From: Chiloscyllium plagiosum
Lineage: Eukaryota
Assembly (NCBI RefSeq): GCF_004010195.1
Contig: NC_057758.1
Coordinates: 4,312,710-4,376,507 of the forward strand
Length of the DNA stretch: 63,798 bases
Direction: 5' to 3'
Below, piece after piece: positions 13,225 through 27,079 of the stretch. The notes beneath the pieces are model-generated. The model saw only the letters and a list, made by a program, of their open reading frames with translations. It made no database searches and was not told where the DNA came from. Within the stretch, counting starts at the first letter, position 1. Each line of letters starts with the position of its first letter. Made by a program: the position numbers and the translations under genes.

Positions 13225-15960
13225 ATGAACATGATCTTGGTTTACTCAACCTCTTCATAGCTAAGGTCCAGCATATCCAGCAACATCCTGGTGAACCTAG
13301 TCTGCACTCTCTCCAAAGCATCCATTTCCTTTGGTAATGTGGCAAACAGTACAGCACACAGTATTTCAAATGCGGTCGAACCAAAGCTTTATATAACTCA
13401 AACATGACCTGCCAACTCTTGTACAGAATGCCCCGTCCAATGAAATAAATCATACCGTATGACATCTTAACTACCTGAATCTGAACATCCAGATTCCTCT
13501 GTACATCAATATTCCCAGTATTTTCCGATTTACTGTGTAGTTCAGTTTTGAATTGGATTTTCCAAAATGCATCACCTTCACTTTCCCGGATTGATCTCTA
13601 TCTACCATTTCTCTGCCCAACTCTCCAATCTCTCCATATTCTGCTGTATTCTCTGACAGTACCTTTCAATATCGGTTACTCCAACAATCTTTGTGTCATC
13701 CGCAAATTGCTAATCAACCACCGTTAATTTCCTCCAAAATGTTCATGTATATTACAAACAACAGTGGTCCCAGCACGGATCCCAGTAGGACAGTATTAAC
13801 TCACAGGTCTCTATTTGGAGATTCTCCCTTCTCCTTCTACACACTGTCTCTGTTGTCCAGCCAGTTCTCTATCCATTTAGCTAGTATACCCTGGACCCCA
13901 TGCGACTTCACGATCTCCATCAGCCTACCATGGGGAACTATACAATGCCTGACAAAAGTCCATGTATATTTCATCCTTCATCGATTAACTTTGTCAGTTC
14001 CTAAAAGATTTCAATTAAGTTGGTAAGACATGATCTTCCCTGCACAAAACCACGTCAGTGATCAATGTTAAGCCCGTTTTCTTCCAAATGGGAATAGATC
14101 GTAGATCTCAGTATCTTCTCCAGCAGCTTTCCTACTGCTGACGTCAGGAGCACTTTTCTACAATTAGTTCGATTATCCTTGCTTCCATCTTACACAGCAG
14201 AAAACCTTAGCGATGTTCCAGTCCTTCGGGACAATGACCAAGGATGCTGCAATGTTATCTGTTTTAAAGGCCTTAGCATTTTCCTCTTTCGATTCCGTCA
14301 GTAACCTGGCATAGATCCTACACGAATCTGGGGACTTGTCCACATTAATGCCTTTGAAAATACCCAGCAATTCCTCCTTCCTTATGCTGAGTTGACCGAG
14401 AATAATCAAACATTTATCCCTAACCTCAACATTCATCACATTCCCCTCCTGGGTGAATACCAATGCAAATACTCATTAAGAACCTTTCCCACTTTCTCTG
14501 ACATCAGGCATAATTTTCCTCCTTTGTTCTTGAGTGGGTCAATCCTTTCTCTAGTTATCTTCTTGCACCTTATGTAGGATTAAGAAAGGCTTTGGGATTT
14601 TCCTTAACCCTGTTTGCTCGAGATATGTCATGACCACTTTCAAACCCCTTAATTCCTTACAAATTCTGCTCCATCTCACTTCTAACACTAAGTGAATCCC
14701 AATCCCAATCAATGTTGGGCAAGATGAAATCTCACCATCGCCATCTAGTTGCTGCTACATCTTTCGACAATCTGTTTTCATATTTGAACCTCTATCTCAC
14801 GCTTGCTTTTGGGAGGCCTGTAGTATAAACCCAGCATTGTTATCGCACCCTTCCTAGTTCTGAGCTCTGCTCTTTTTGCGTTCCTGTTTGAGGCTTCCAT
14901 ATGCTCTCTTTCAGCTCAGCGTGATAGCATCTTTGATTAGTAAGGAAACCCCTCCTCACCGTTTAACTCCATCTCTATTCCAACTGAAACATTTATGTTT
15001 GGCGTGATTTTGTTGCCAATCACGCCCTTCCCTTTACCAGGTTTCAGTAATAGCAATATAATCACACTCCCAGGTACTAATCCAAGTCCTAAGTTCATAT
15101 ACCTTACCTACGACATTTCTTGCATGAAAGCAAATCCACCTCAAGCCACGTTTGCGTTCATCATCTCCTCCCTGTCTTGCATGCCACTTGGCCACTCTGA
15201 CTTCATTACGTTCCTTCGAGGCTTTAGTTACTGTCCACGATTCTCCGCATTTGATTCCCATCCCCATGCCACATTAGTTTAACCCCTCCCAGACAGTATT
15301 TGCAAAACCAGCCCAAAGGAAAATTGGTTCCAGTCCAGCCAGGTGCAGACTGTCCAATTTGTAATAGTCGCATGTCCCAAAGAACTGGTCCCAATGATCT
15401 GAAATCTGAACTCCTCCCTCCTGCACTGTCTCTCAAGTCACGCATTTATCCTGCCTATTCTTTAATTTCCACTCTGACTAGCTCATGGCATTGATAGCAA
15501 TCCTGACATCACGACCTCTGAGCTTCTACTTTTAACATGGTTCCTAATTCCCGAAATTCTGTTTTTAGGTCATCATCCCGTTTTGTTGCCTATATCACTG
15601 CTGCCCATATCCACCACGACACCCTTCCCATTGAGAGTGTTCTGCAACCGATCTGAGACATCGCTGACACTTGCACCTGTAAAGCAACATATCACTCAGG
15701 AGTCTCGTTTTCGACTGCAAAACCGCTTATTACACTCCTCTCAATCGAATTCCCTGAGACTATAGTCTTTCCAAACTTTTATCTGCCTTTCTGAACAGCA
15801 GAGTGCCACCGTGCCATGAATCTGATTGCTGCTGCCGTCACCTGGTGAACCAGCTCTCCCAACAGGATCGAAAAAGGGATACCTGTTTTAGAGGGAGATG
15901 CTCGCAGGGATCAACTGCATTACCTTCTTGCTCTTTCTCTGCCTTTTGGTCACTCATTTG
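13225..15960 (-). mobile_element. Degraded CR1 LINE with ORF1 esterase remnant, APE and RT
   Basis: WICFHARNVVGKVYEL...IAITETW; ELYKALVRPHLKYCV; VDKSPDSCRIYARLL; SGNH-like ORF1 remnant at about 15250-15750. Confidence 0.88.
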
Positions 15961-16097
15961 CTTTCTGCATTACAGGAAATCCTGTCGATTATTTTCAAGA
16001 TATTATATGTGGTGTCGGGTGTTTAACTTCTGTGAGGAGCTAGTGAAAAGTATTTTCTAGTTTGTGGGCCACTATGACTCCTCGCTGTCTGTATGTT

Positions 16098-16275
16098 ACT
16101 CTCTCTCTCTCTCTCTTTGTGTGTGTGTGTGTGTGCGTGCTTGTGCGTGTTTGTGAGTGTATGCATTTGCTCATGTGTCTATCCACATGCGCAACACATG
16201 GACGTGTCTGAGCGCGTGTGCCCGGACACACACACACATACACACACTTACACACATACACTAGCACACAGTAGC
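16098..16275. repeat. (CT)n/(TG)n/(CA)n microsatellite
   Basis: Visible directly. Confidence 0.9.
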
Positions 16276-16824
16276 ACACAGACATCAAGAAGTCATAGTT
16301 GCCCACAAACCATTAAACACCATATACCAGCACCTCACAGAAGTTAGAGAGCCAATACCCACATCCAAAAGCATGAATATAATCGACAAGCTTACCTGCA
16401 TGGACTACAGGTAAGCACAACATCGGACAAATATGTCAGAAATTGACCATACATATGCATAAACATCAGCTCACCATCGCCATTCACCACCAGTACTGTC
16501 TCTCATTTCCAACCACACAGACAATGAAGGACACAAACTCAAATGGTACAATGTAACATCCTACTGCAGGCAAAATAGAGCAATCCGTCAGAATACATTG
16601 AAGCCTGCATACCAATGAGCACTGAACCAATAAATGTACTGAACATGACCTAATACGCAGGCTAATCAGATACAGAACTGGAAGTGCCCGAAAATACAGA
16701 CACATAAATATCATTCGAGACAAACCAGAACCTATTCACCGCAGGTGCATTGATCACTTCATCCAATGAGACGTCTGCAGAAAAACACAGAGACTCGGTG
16801 ATAAATGTCTGACCGCACAGTAAC

Positions 16825-17150
16825 ACCCTCACACAAAGAGACACACTCAGTGACACGCACTCTCACGTCGTCTCGTACATTCACACACATACACACACAC
16901 ACACACACTCACACACACACGGACATACACGTACACATTAACAGCTAAACACGCAAAATCATGCACACTCGCAAAAAACACAGAAATACTCACAACCACT
17001 CAAACACAGTCACATCATACATATATACACAAACACACAAATTACACACTTACCGACGAACACCGCCACACACTCTCTCACAAACGTATGCACCCCCACA
17101 AACACATCTGAACATACCTATATATATCATATCTCAGACACACAAGGAAA
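16825..17150. repeat. CA-rich degenerate microsatellite
   Basis: Visible directly. Confidence 0.85.
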
Positions 17151-18544
17151 CATAATATACAGTAATACAATGTCGACAGTGTGGGAGGACTGATATTCTG
17201 GTACCCTGTATTATTCAGACTGCGTGTTGTGCACATTATTACAATGTACACTGTGTGATCTAACTGAGACACGGACACTCAGCAGAGTGCAATATGCATA
17301 ACATCGATTGTTCCTCTTGTATCCCTGATAAAGAAGTATTTTGTCAATTGTGTTGGCCTCCTGGATTTGTACCCATGAGTAGAAATTACTCTCCAACTCG
17401 TTCTCAACCAAATGTTTAGTCAAAAAGTGTCAACAGTAACAGGAAAGGTACTGAGTGCTCTTGTGGTTTGAAGGAAGAAAGTTTTCTGATCTTCTGACCC
17501 TTGATCTAGGAGGGGTGACTTCACATACCATGCCTCCACATGGAACCTTGGGCGCATAAAACCAATTTTGAAATCATTCCAATGATTTTTTTTTCAGATT
17601 ACAAAATGATTGTTTGTTGATGCCATGAATGACATGCGTGAAAACAATAAGTCTCTACTTTAACCCATGGCTATTGGGAAAGAAATGATGCATTTCGGTC
17701 TTTCAAACAGGCTGGGATATTACGTGTACAGCATCACTTCTCTTTTTCAGAAGGTTCTGCTGCAAGTTTCCATTCTGAACGCATATATACTTCCAACGCC
17801 GCATGGCATGACTGCTTCTACTCCCCTTCGCATTGCAGGTTGCTCCTAATCAACCTTGGAAGCAATTTACTTTTTTGTCCAACTGAATTTTCACACAGTT
17901 CCAATTGGAATATTTCTACCGGTGCCTGAAGCTTCCCAACTTCAAATATTTCACAGAATCGACCTTGAAGTTTGTTTCCTCCATCCCATCCCACCCTCAC
18001 TCTCTCGTTATGTTCCCTTTTGGTGTTTTTGTTCCATAGCCTCTACCTTATTATTTTGACTCTCTCTTTGTTTTCTCTCTCTATCTCATTTTCCGCGTCC
18101 TCTCTATCCTTTTGTGTTTGTCAATTATTTCCTCCTGTGTTTAACTTGCCTATTTTTATATATCACTATCTGCAAAAATTATTTCAGCTTTCAACATCTG
18201 TATTACCGCTATTGCATCGATGTTGGAGTTCATGGTGCAGAGCGATGCCAGAAATGAATTTGATTTATTTTGATTTATTATTGTCACATGTCCCTAAGTA
18301 TAACGACACGCTTGTGTTCTCTGCATTATGGAAGATCGCAACACACAAAGTCACAGGGATGGTTAAACAGAGTGATCACTATGAAGTTTCATTTGCAATA
18401 GTGTACAAAAGCAACGTCAGTTTGCGATTTGAAATTTGAGTTGTCTATTCAAAAGTCTGACATCGGCGGAAATAAGATGTTCTTGAACCTTTCAGTATGC
18501 GTTTTTAAATTTTTCTGCCTTCTGTTTGAGAGAAGAGAAAGAAT

Positions 18545-18850
18545 ACACTCAGTTCTTTTTCTCAACTTCGAAGAATCGAGGATGACGGGGCATCATTTTA
18601 AGCTTCGAGGGGATAGTATAAAAAGGAACCTGAAGCACCTGTTTTACACAGCGGGTGGTGCACATATGGAATAAGCTGCCAGTGGAAGTACGCATTTGTA
18701 CAAATGCAAGGATGGGAAATATTTTAAAGGATATGCAACAAGTGCAAGGAAATACGGCTTGCATGGATGGACATTTTGGTCGGCAGGGACCAGATTGGGC
18801 CAAAGGGGTCTATTTGTACGGTAGAACTCCATGAACTATATGATTCTGAA
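18545..18850 (+). mobile_element. CR1 3' end fragment
   Basis: ESRMTGHHFKLRG...FYT; ends ttgggccaaaggggtc. Confidence 0.7.
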
Positions 18851-19389
18851 AGATTGGAAGAAATTATTACTGGTGGAGTGGGTTGGGAGAAGGAACCTTT
18901 AATGGTGTTGACTGTTGTTCCCTGTCAACAAGAACTGTACATGGAGTCAATGAATTGAAGGTTGGCTTGTTTGTTGATCCGGACAGTGATCAGTATTTTA
19001 TCCAGTTTTCGGCTGAATAGTTGTGTCAAGGTGCAATGCACCCAGGCAAATTGTAAACGATTTGTCATTTTCTTTTCAAATGACTTTATCTGACATTGCC
19101 TCTCTATTCATACCATGGCACGTCCCAACTTCTCAAGCCTTCCATTGCCTGCGGTATGATGATTATCAGGTCAATCCACGACCATTCTCTTCCAATGGTG
19201 ACATGATTCTTATGACTTGCCGTGGCTTTTTTCAGTGTTTAGGTCTGAAGCGGAGGTCGTCGCCATCTTGCCTGACCCTCTTTATCAAGCTGCTGGGAAT
19301 CTATGCCCTCATTGTATAGGCAAACTCAGATATTTGTTCAAAGAAACAGCAGAGTATTAATGGCCAAATCGTCCTTCTATAATGCCATG

Positions 19390-19915
19390 GTTATGTGTTT
19401 GGAAGGTGTTGTCTAAGGATCTTTCCTAAATATCTGACGTAAGCAAAAATTGCTTCAGATGAGCATCGATTGATGCAGGGTGAATGCTTGTTGATGTGAT
19501 GGAAATCAAGTGGGCTGTTTATCTTGGATGGCTTCGAGCTTCTCGAGTGTTATTGGATCGGTTCTTACCCAGGGACTTCTACAGCATTACATCAGACTCC
19601 TGACGTTTGACTTGTTGATGGTGGGCAGGATGCAGAGCGTCAGGAGGTGGGCTACTCACTGCAGGATTCCTATTCTCTGACGTGCCACGACATTGAATGT
19701 TGTGATTTTCTGGTCAGAGGTACACCCTGCAGTCCCTTCCCCGCTACTTATGTTGACAGTATGGGACTCAGTGATTGTGATGCCGTTGAATGTCAAGTGA
19801 CGATAGATTGGTTCATGCTTGTTGCGGATGGTCAGCGTTTGATCCTTGTTTGGCATAAATATGATTTTCCATCGCTCAGCCAAGTCTGGATATTTTCCCG
19901 ATCTTGCAGAAATTT
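19390..19915 (-). mobile_element. Old non-LTR (CR1/L2-group) RT C-terminal fragment
   Basis: WKIIFMPNKDQTLTI...LTFNGITITES. Confidence 0.6.
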
Positions 19916-20029
19916 GGACTCATCAATTCTCCAGCTCCTCTGATGCTGCCTGACCTGCTGTGCTTTTTCAGCACCGTGCAGTCAACAACTGGTTGTGGGG
20001 TTTGATTAAAAAACTCTTCAGACCATCAC

Positions 20030-20482
20030 ATTCCCCCAAACCCTGACCATCCGAAGTCTGGAGGAAGAAGTCCTCATCTTGCAACTTGAGACACTGCAAC
20101 CGCAAGGATTTAATGTGGATTTCACCAGTTTCTTCATTTCTACCTTCCCCCTCCCGCTTTATCCCTTCCAAAGCCTCCAACTTCGCACTCCCATCGAGGT
20201 CTGGCCACATTCTTTCCGTGCTATCCACTCCACTCTCCTCTCCGAGCGATCACCTTTTCCTGACCTTCATCTGCCTGTTCCATTCTCAGCTACCTTTCCC
20301 CCAGCGACACACCCCTCCTATTTATCTCTCTGCCCCCTTGGCCAACAGGCTTCATTCGTCATGAAAGACTTACACACAAAACGTCGATTCCCCGGCTCCT
20401 CGGATGCTATCTGACCCGTTCTGCTTTTCCAGCACCACACTCTCGACCCTGATCTCTAGCATCCCCAGTCCACACTTTCTCC
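20030..20482 (+). mobile_element. Penelope-like element 3' end (GIY-YIG C-terminus and tail)
   Basis: RSLEEEVLILQLETLQPQGFNVDFTSF, then a pyrimidine-rich UTR and the tail aaacgtcgattcc...ggatgctatctgacc...ttttccagcaccacact. Confidence 0.8.
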
Positions 20483-23400
20483 CACAGCTAGTTGTTCGGA
20501 CTGGAGATCTGATCCGGTGGGTGTGGGATGACGGAGCACCTTAAGCAGTGCATTGTTTCATGCGCCTGCTCCCACGATTTAGCTTACTTGTATTTATTCA
20601 TTTTATCTTCAGCAAGACCGTCTCTCATTTCTGAGATGCACTTGCAGCTTGATTTCCTCTTTATTTAAATACTGCTGCTGGGAATAGAGATTGAAGTAAA
20701 TACCCAGTGGATGGGGTTATCAATAACGTTTACGCTCATTTTTGTTTTTATTTCATTGGGTGGACCTGTGTCCCTGTTCGGGCGAGCATTCTTTGCCCAG
20801 CACGAGCTGTCTTCGGTTTTTCTTGGTCCACAGCGTTCCATACATGTCCAGGTTTGGAGCGGTTCATTTCGTTTGAAATATCTTTCATCGACTTCGAGAG
20901 CATCACCGAATTGCCTTTAGTGATGCACAGTAGCTCCTAAAATAAAGGTGCGCCGATTTTTCGAATGCAGCAAGAGATCATAAATGTCCCCCATCTGTTC
21001 AGTTTACAGAGCTACACTAAAGGGAAAGATACAGACAGAGAGAGAGTGATAGAAAGAGATACAGAGGGTGAGACAGCGAGAAATACAATGAGACATGAAC
21101 AATTACAGTGCATGCTTCCAGCATTAACTGAATTTCAAAAGGAATTCGTTGTCTGCACAGAGACTGGGAAAGTGAAATAGAAAATCATATCAGCCTCTGT
21201 TCCATCCACCAAATTTCCCGAGATCTCTACATGGATATTTTTCCATCTGTCGCCATAGTTTAGGCAGTGTAGATTCGCTTTTCCAAATGGCCTCTTCTGT
21301 ACGGCTTTTGTTTTTTCAGTTTGTGAGTCCATCTCGGCCTCTCATCTTTGCTTTTATTTACTTCTGTCCAGAACTTTCTCGGTGTTCTCTCTGTCTTTTT
21401 CTGTCTTCACTCCTTTCTCTCCTTGTTTTTTTCCTCCCTCTCTGTCTCTATTTTTACCACTCAATCCGAAGCTGTGCCTTACTTGATTCCACTTCCTGTC
21501 TCCTGTCTCTCACTCTCTGCTTTTCTTCTGTCTCTTTCTACCACTGTCTCTACATGTGTTACACTGCTCTTTTCTCTTGATCTCATTCCAATTTTTTTCG
21601 TTATTCCCACGGTTTTCTCGTTCTTCCCTCACCATGTCTGCCCTGGCTTATGATATCTGTATGTGTCTATCTCTCACCCTGCATGATTCTTTTGTCCAGA
21701 TTCATAAACAGTGTTGATTATTTGTTGGTTTGTTGAATAAATTCTACCAAATGGCTCGGTTTTCTCGCCGGTCACCGTCCAGCTTTTCCACAGGTTGCAG
21801 GGAATGATCTATCGCAGAGTACGATGCAGCAGTTCAGTGTCTACCTGTAGGGACAATGCAAAAATCTGAACTGTTGAATATTCGAGCATCAGATTAAATC
21901 CTAAATATTGTAAAACAACGTGTGATGGTTTTGTAGATAATGCATTAAGAGAAGCTTCACACAGTCAAACATTGTGTCCGTCTGCCTTGAGAAGCAGCAG
22001 ACTTTTCAAGGGCTGTGATCGATTCTCAGTGAATCTTGCATTTTTTCAGTCCCCCAGTTAACCCGTTCTTGTCCACTAATTTGACTGTATTGCAGATGTG
22101 TTCAGGCATCCTTTATATTTATGAACATCACAGTCTAAGCTGTATGTAAACACAACGAAGAGAGAGGGAGTGGAAAAGAAACTCACAAGTATGGGATCCG
22201 TGTCATAAACGCAGTTCTGAGGATATTAGGACATGGCATATTTCTCCTTGCACAGGAAAAAGATGAGTGGCTCCAAACCCACGATGGTGTTGATCAGAGA
22301 TGATCAAGATAGACAGTTTCTCGATCGTAATTGAACAGAGAATCATGTGATGCGGAGTATTTCATAGACTTCAAGTGACTCGAGAAGCAACATACTCGAG
22401 ATAAAAAATATATTTATTTCTCAAAACACGGAGATGCATTCTGGAATTGCTGCCTGGACGTAAGTCGGACCCAGGTTCCATTTAGATTCTCAAAATGGGC
22501 ACTTAATGGAGATTTGACCAGAATGGATACATAAGGTTCTAGCGAAACCAAAGGGATTTCCATTCAATCATGACGCACCTTGAAAGAGACACTTCAAAAA
22601 GTTTAGATCGAGCGGCATCCTGCTGGACCCCGAGTGTTTTGTGATTTCGAGGACCATACGCCAAACATACAGCAAGCCTATTGACTAAAAGCAGAATGGA
22701 AGAGCAACTGCCCTTCACATTCTGGTGGTATTTGTCTGAGTGTGGCTTCAAGGATCAGGAGGGGAAACGGCGACCATGGGACCTAATTATTACAAATGTA
22801 TTTGTCACAGAGCAATGCAGTGTCACTCTGGAGGTCTGAACATTTCAGCAGAGGTTATCCACAGAATTGTGCCCTCGGCCCAGTTGCATTCATATCCTTC
22901 CCCAATGACCTTAAACGCTGTTTGAAATGTCACACATGTTTAAGACAGGGGTAATCGAGCAAACTCAGAGGAGTAAGAAATTCTCTTGCTCATCGGATTC
23001 TGCCTGAGCTGCTGTTCTGTTCCACCGCAATGCACTTAACTCTTATCTCCAGCATCGGCAGTACATACTTTCGCCTCATCTCACAAATTACAGACCTGCT
23101 CGCTTGGCATCAATAATGTGAAGACTGATGAGAGCCAACATGCACAATAAGTTAAAATATACACTATAAGGCAAGTAAAACAACATGTGACAGTCTACAT
23201 TGTTTTGTCAAGGGCAGGCCATGCCAGACAAAGCTGATTCAGGTATATGATGATGATACAAAGTCAGTATATGAGAGAATACTGAAAACGATGTTTTTGT
23301 TGTCGATTCAGAACGTATTTGCTACCGTGCCACTTAACAAATTGATTGGCAAATTGTAAATGTTTGGGATTGATTAGTCATTGGCAGCATGGATTAGAAA

Positions 23401-23734
23401 TTGCGAAAAGTTGGAAACAGAGGGTAATTAAGATAGTCATTGTCAGAACGGAGACAAGCTGAAGTGGCGCTCCCAGGGGATAACTTTGTGAATGCTTGGT
23501 ATTGTTTCTTAATTTGAGGATTCATTTCGAGATAGCTAATGAGGGTAAAATCCCTCAGTTTAGAAATGAGATTGATTTGAGTCAATAGTGAATCGTGAGG
23601 ATGTTAAGCACCCTCAGAGCTACATTAAAATAATAAAACTCACTCAACATGTATAAGTCTTTCCAGATGATTTTTTTTTTAAATTTCTGTTGGGAAACTG
23701 CCAATTCAACATGCTGGGGTGGATGCAATGCTTC

Positions 23735-23955
23735 ATGAAAAAGTGATCCTCTGGAAATGGACAGCGGGTCAGGCCACATCCGAGGAGCAGTAAAGACGTC
23801 GTTTTTGGGCATTCGTCAATCAGCAGTAATTCCTAATGAACGGATAATTCCAAACCGTCAAATCTCCTGCTCCTCTGATGCTGCTTGACCGGCTGTGCTT
23901 TTCGAGAACCACAATCTTCGTCTCTGAACTCCAGCATCTGCAGTTCTCAGTTTCT
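23735..23955. mobile_element. Degenerate palindromic PLE-tail element
   Basis: Inverted arms ggtcaggccacatccgaggagcag and ctcctgctcctctgatgctgcttgacc. Confidence 0.7.
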
Positions 23956-25069
23956 GTTGGGCGCAATACTTGTCAAACACGTGTATTCGTTAACTGAAAA
24001 TACTGTGTGTTCTTATAAATGAATGCTGGGCTTGGATCATCTCAGTATCGCTCCAAGGAGATCAGCTGAATATGTGGGGAGCACATCTCTTGGTGTTTGT
24101 GCTTCTGGTGCTGGAACAGCCCATCGAGTCTGAATGTGGATTAAGAGGACGGATGATTTTTGGGGGTAAGGAAGCCTTTCAGCCTTCAATCTGACGAGCC
24201 ACTCGGAGAGATGAGAGGCATTGACGAACCTGAAACGTCATTCAGGTGAACCAGGGATCTCCCTCAATTTGAATCTACTTGCATATCGTAGGTCTCGAAA
24301 AGATATGAAGCATCCTCTCTCAGTTTGTGGTTTCTGCCAAAAATGCCACAAAAAATCTCACTTTTATGCATGATTTTCAGCTACCAAGGAATGTTCTCCT
24401 TTTATCTTAAATCTTATATGTACTTCTAAGTTTTTATTACGAATGACAGTTCTGGTCTGAGCATTCATTCTTTATGCCAGAGCGTGAGCACAGAGCTCAG
24501 TCCCTGGCTCCACCTCCCCTGTTCTGATCACTGAAGAATTACAGTGTGCATTCTATGCCTGCATTCTCGATAACAGACCACAGTACACTACGGTGCACTG
24601 ACCATGTCGCTACCTCCCCTAATACACCACGCTGGTTTGCATTTTATAGGCCAGACCTCTATCTCCCCTGCTCAGACAACAGTAGGAGCACAGTACACTA
24701 TTCCTCTCCCATTTCCCTTCTCCCGAACACATTTGGAGCACCGTGCATTACGCCTGTCGACTTATACCCTGGAATTGCTTTCTTTCCTTTCATCTTCGGA
24801 TACGACAAAATTCCTGGGACCTGTTGAAATACTTTTTTTCAGAGCTATGAGCACGTAGTACCTAACGGATGTCTCTGAGGTTTGGGTGCTGCGTGATCAA
24901 AAGATGAAAACAACTGGGGAGTTGTCACTGTCGACTGTGCCATCACCACTCTAACAACAGGTCCAGCAATGGACAGATCGTCTCAGTCTTCAAAACATTA
25001 CATTTTCTTCCAACTAATTAAAATCACTTAATTTATCGCGAACTCGTCTCAATGTTGTATTTTGTTCCT

Positions 25070-25300
25070 TCAGTGGTGCGGAGTTGTCTCAGTACTCGCA
25101 ATTGGGCAGAGCCTGCTCCCTCAGCACTGATACTTCCAATTGTGCCATGTCTTCAGCACGGACCCTCCAATATTGCAGGAATCTCTCAGCGCTAACCCTC
25201 TAATAGTGTGCAGATCCCTCAGTAGTGACGCTCTAACAGGCTGGCACTCCTTCAGAACTGACCCTCTGTCAGAACAGAGCTCTTCCAGCACTGACCTTCA
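25070..25300 (+). repeat. Degenerate ~33-bp minisatellite (ctccctcagcactgaccctcc...)
   Basis: Recurrent cagcactga(c)cct units. Confidence 0.75.
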
Positions 25301-25587
25301 GGTGAGATGAGTGCGAATATTCTGGAGACATCAAGAGCAACACAGCTTTGCTTGCACAGTTTCTGGGTGATAAACTTCAGCTGTGGAGATTGGAGCATTT
25401 CGGAATTTTCTATGTAGATATACAAATGATTGAGCATGTGTAGGGTGTGGAGGGATTTGATCATGGTTGAAGGGGTTACTTCGATGGGGCAGCTGAGAAG
25501 AGCGGATGAGCTATTTTCTACTATGACTGAAGAACCAGAGCATATTAAGTGATGGGAAAATATAATGAACAACAGCACAGTCGTTTG

Positions 25588-25927
25588 GGGCAGCAGGGTG
25601 GTTCAGTTTTCTACACTGTTGCCTCACAGTACAAGGCATATGGGTTCCGTTGTAGACTTGGGCGACTGTCTGTGTGGACTTTACATATTCTCGCCATGCC
25701 TGCGTGCGTTCCAACTGGGTGCTCCTGTTTCCTCCCACAATGCAAAGATATGCAAGTTAGGAGAATTGGCCGTGCTAAATTGCACATAGTGTTCAACGAT
25801 GTGTAGATTAGTCAGGGCGAAATACAGGAAAACAGTGCTGTGGAATGGGTTTGGTGAGTAACTCTTCAGAGTGTCGGGTGGACGTGATGGGCGTAACTTC
25901 TTTTTTCCACACTGCAGGGATTCTATA
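25588..25927 (+). mobile_element. Older HE1-type SINE
   Basis: gggcagcagggtggttcag...ctgttgcctcacag...tttcctcccaca...ttccacactg. Confidence 0.8.
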
Positions 25928-26339
25928 AAAAAAAAGTCAGAAAAAATCAGTTTTTCAAAGAATGGAGTTTCCTTCTGGATTGGAGTCTCGTTGACTCTCG
26001 TTTGTCTTAAGATCCTTAATTCCAAACTTCACTCAAATTAACGCCTTACTGTGAAGGGTAATCACTTTCACCTCACCTCTTGTACTTATTCTTATTTGTC
26101 GAAGTGTGGATCAAAACTGTAATGAATTTAAGGCGAAATAATCACGGAGAGGAATGCTGGATTGACAAAGATTGTTGCTTTCTATGTTATACTTCTTGAG
26201 AGTGAAAGTATAAATTGTACGTTGCTTCTGAAGCAAATGCCCATGACAATATTTAACATCCAATATCTTTTAGGGCGAGGTTCACATTTCAATCAACAAC
26301 AATTGTATTTTGCAGCAACCGCCAAAACTGGGTGGGGGT

Positions 26340-27075
26340 TGGAAGGGCACTGAGACATAAATAACAGTATGCAGTTGGCAGTGGGGTAAGTTAATTTGTA
26401 AGATGACAGGTCAATGTAGGTGTGGGGTTATCATGACAGGTCGTTGGATAGGATGCAATGGATCGGTGGGAAGGAAGATGAACAAGTAACAACTGTCAAT
26501 ATAGCAGCGCCAGGTTGTAGCATTAATTTCGGATTCAGGTGAAGGGACAGCAGGTTTGCAAACTATTGAAGTTGATGTTAATTTTGTGTGGCGGTACGGT
26601 CCCAAGGTCGAAGACAAGACGTTCTTCTTCCAGTTGTCTGATGGTTTGTACTTCGTTGGCGTGGAGGTCCAGACTTTGCTTGTCCTTGGAGGAGTGTGAA
26701 TGGGGAGATGACGTGGTTGGCCACTGTGCTGTCGGTTTGTTTGGTGCATGTGTTCCTGGGAGGTTTCCAGAAAATCTCCATCGATTGCTGTCCTGTCCTC
26801 AATGTAGAGGAGACCACATCGAGAGCAACGGGCACAGTAGATGTGGTGGGTAGATGTGCAGAAAAATCTCTGCCAGATGTGAAAATGTATTTTGGGGCCT
26901 TGAACAGAGTTAATGGGGTAAAGGTTAATATCTTTTATGGCGGCAAGTGAAGGTTCCAACTTTGGTAGATGGGGTGCTCGGTCGCAACATGTGATTTGCA
27001 GAGAAACTGATATCTGTAGAACACAGGCACGGGTGCGTAGGGGAGTATACCTCTGGTGATGAGGTATAATATTAG
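26340..27075 (-). mobile_element. Penelope-like element GIY-YIG region
   Basis: QRFFCTSTHHIYCARCSRCGLLYIE in ORF 26411-26959. Confidence 0.85.
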
Positions 27076-27079
27076 GTGG

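Noticed and set aside
24040..24080. LISLERY (ERY motif) on the minus strand
   Set aside because: The preceding sequence is hydrophilic and unlike TM3; probably chance.
24191..24245. ctgacga...gaaacgtc as a hammerhead
   Set aside because: No convincing stem II closes between the two core halves.
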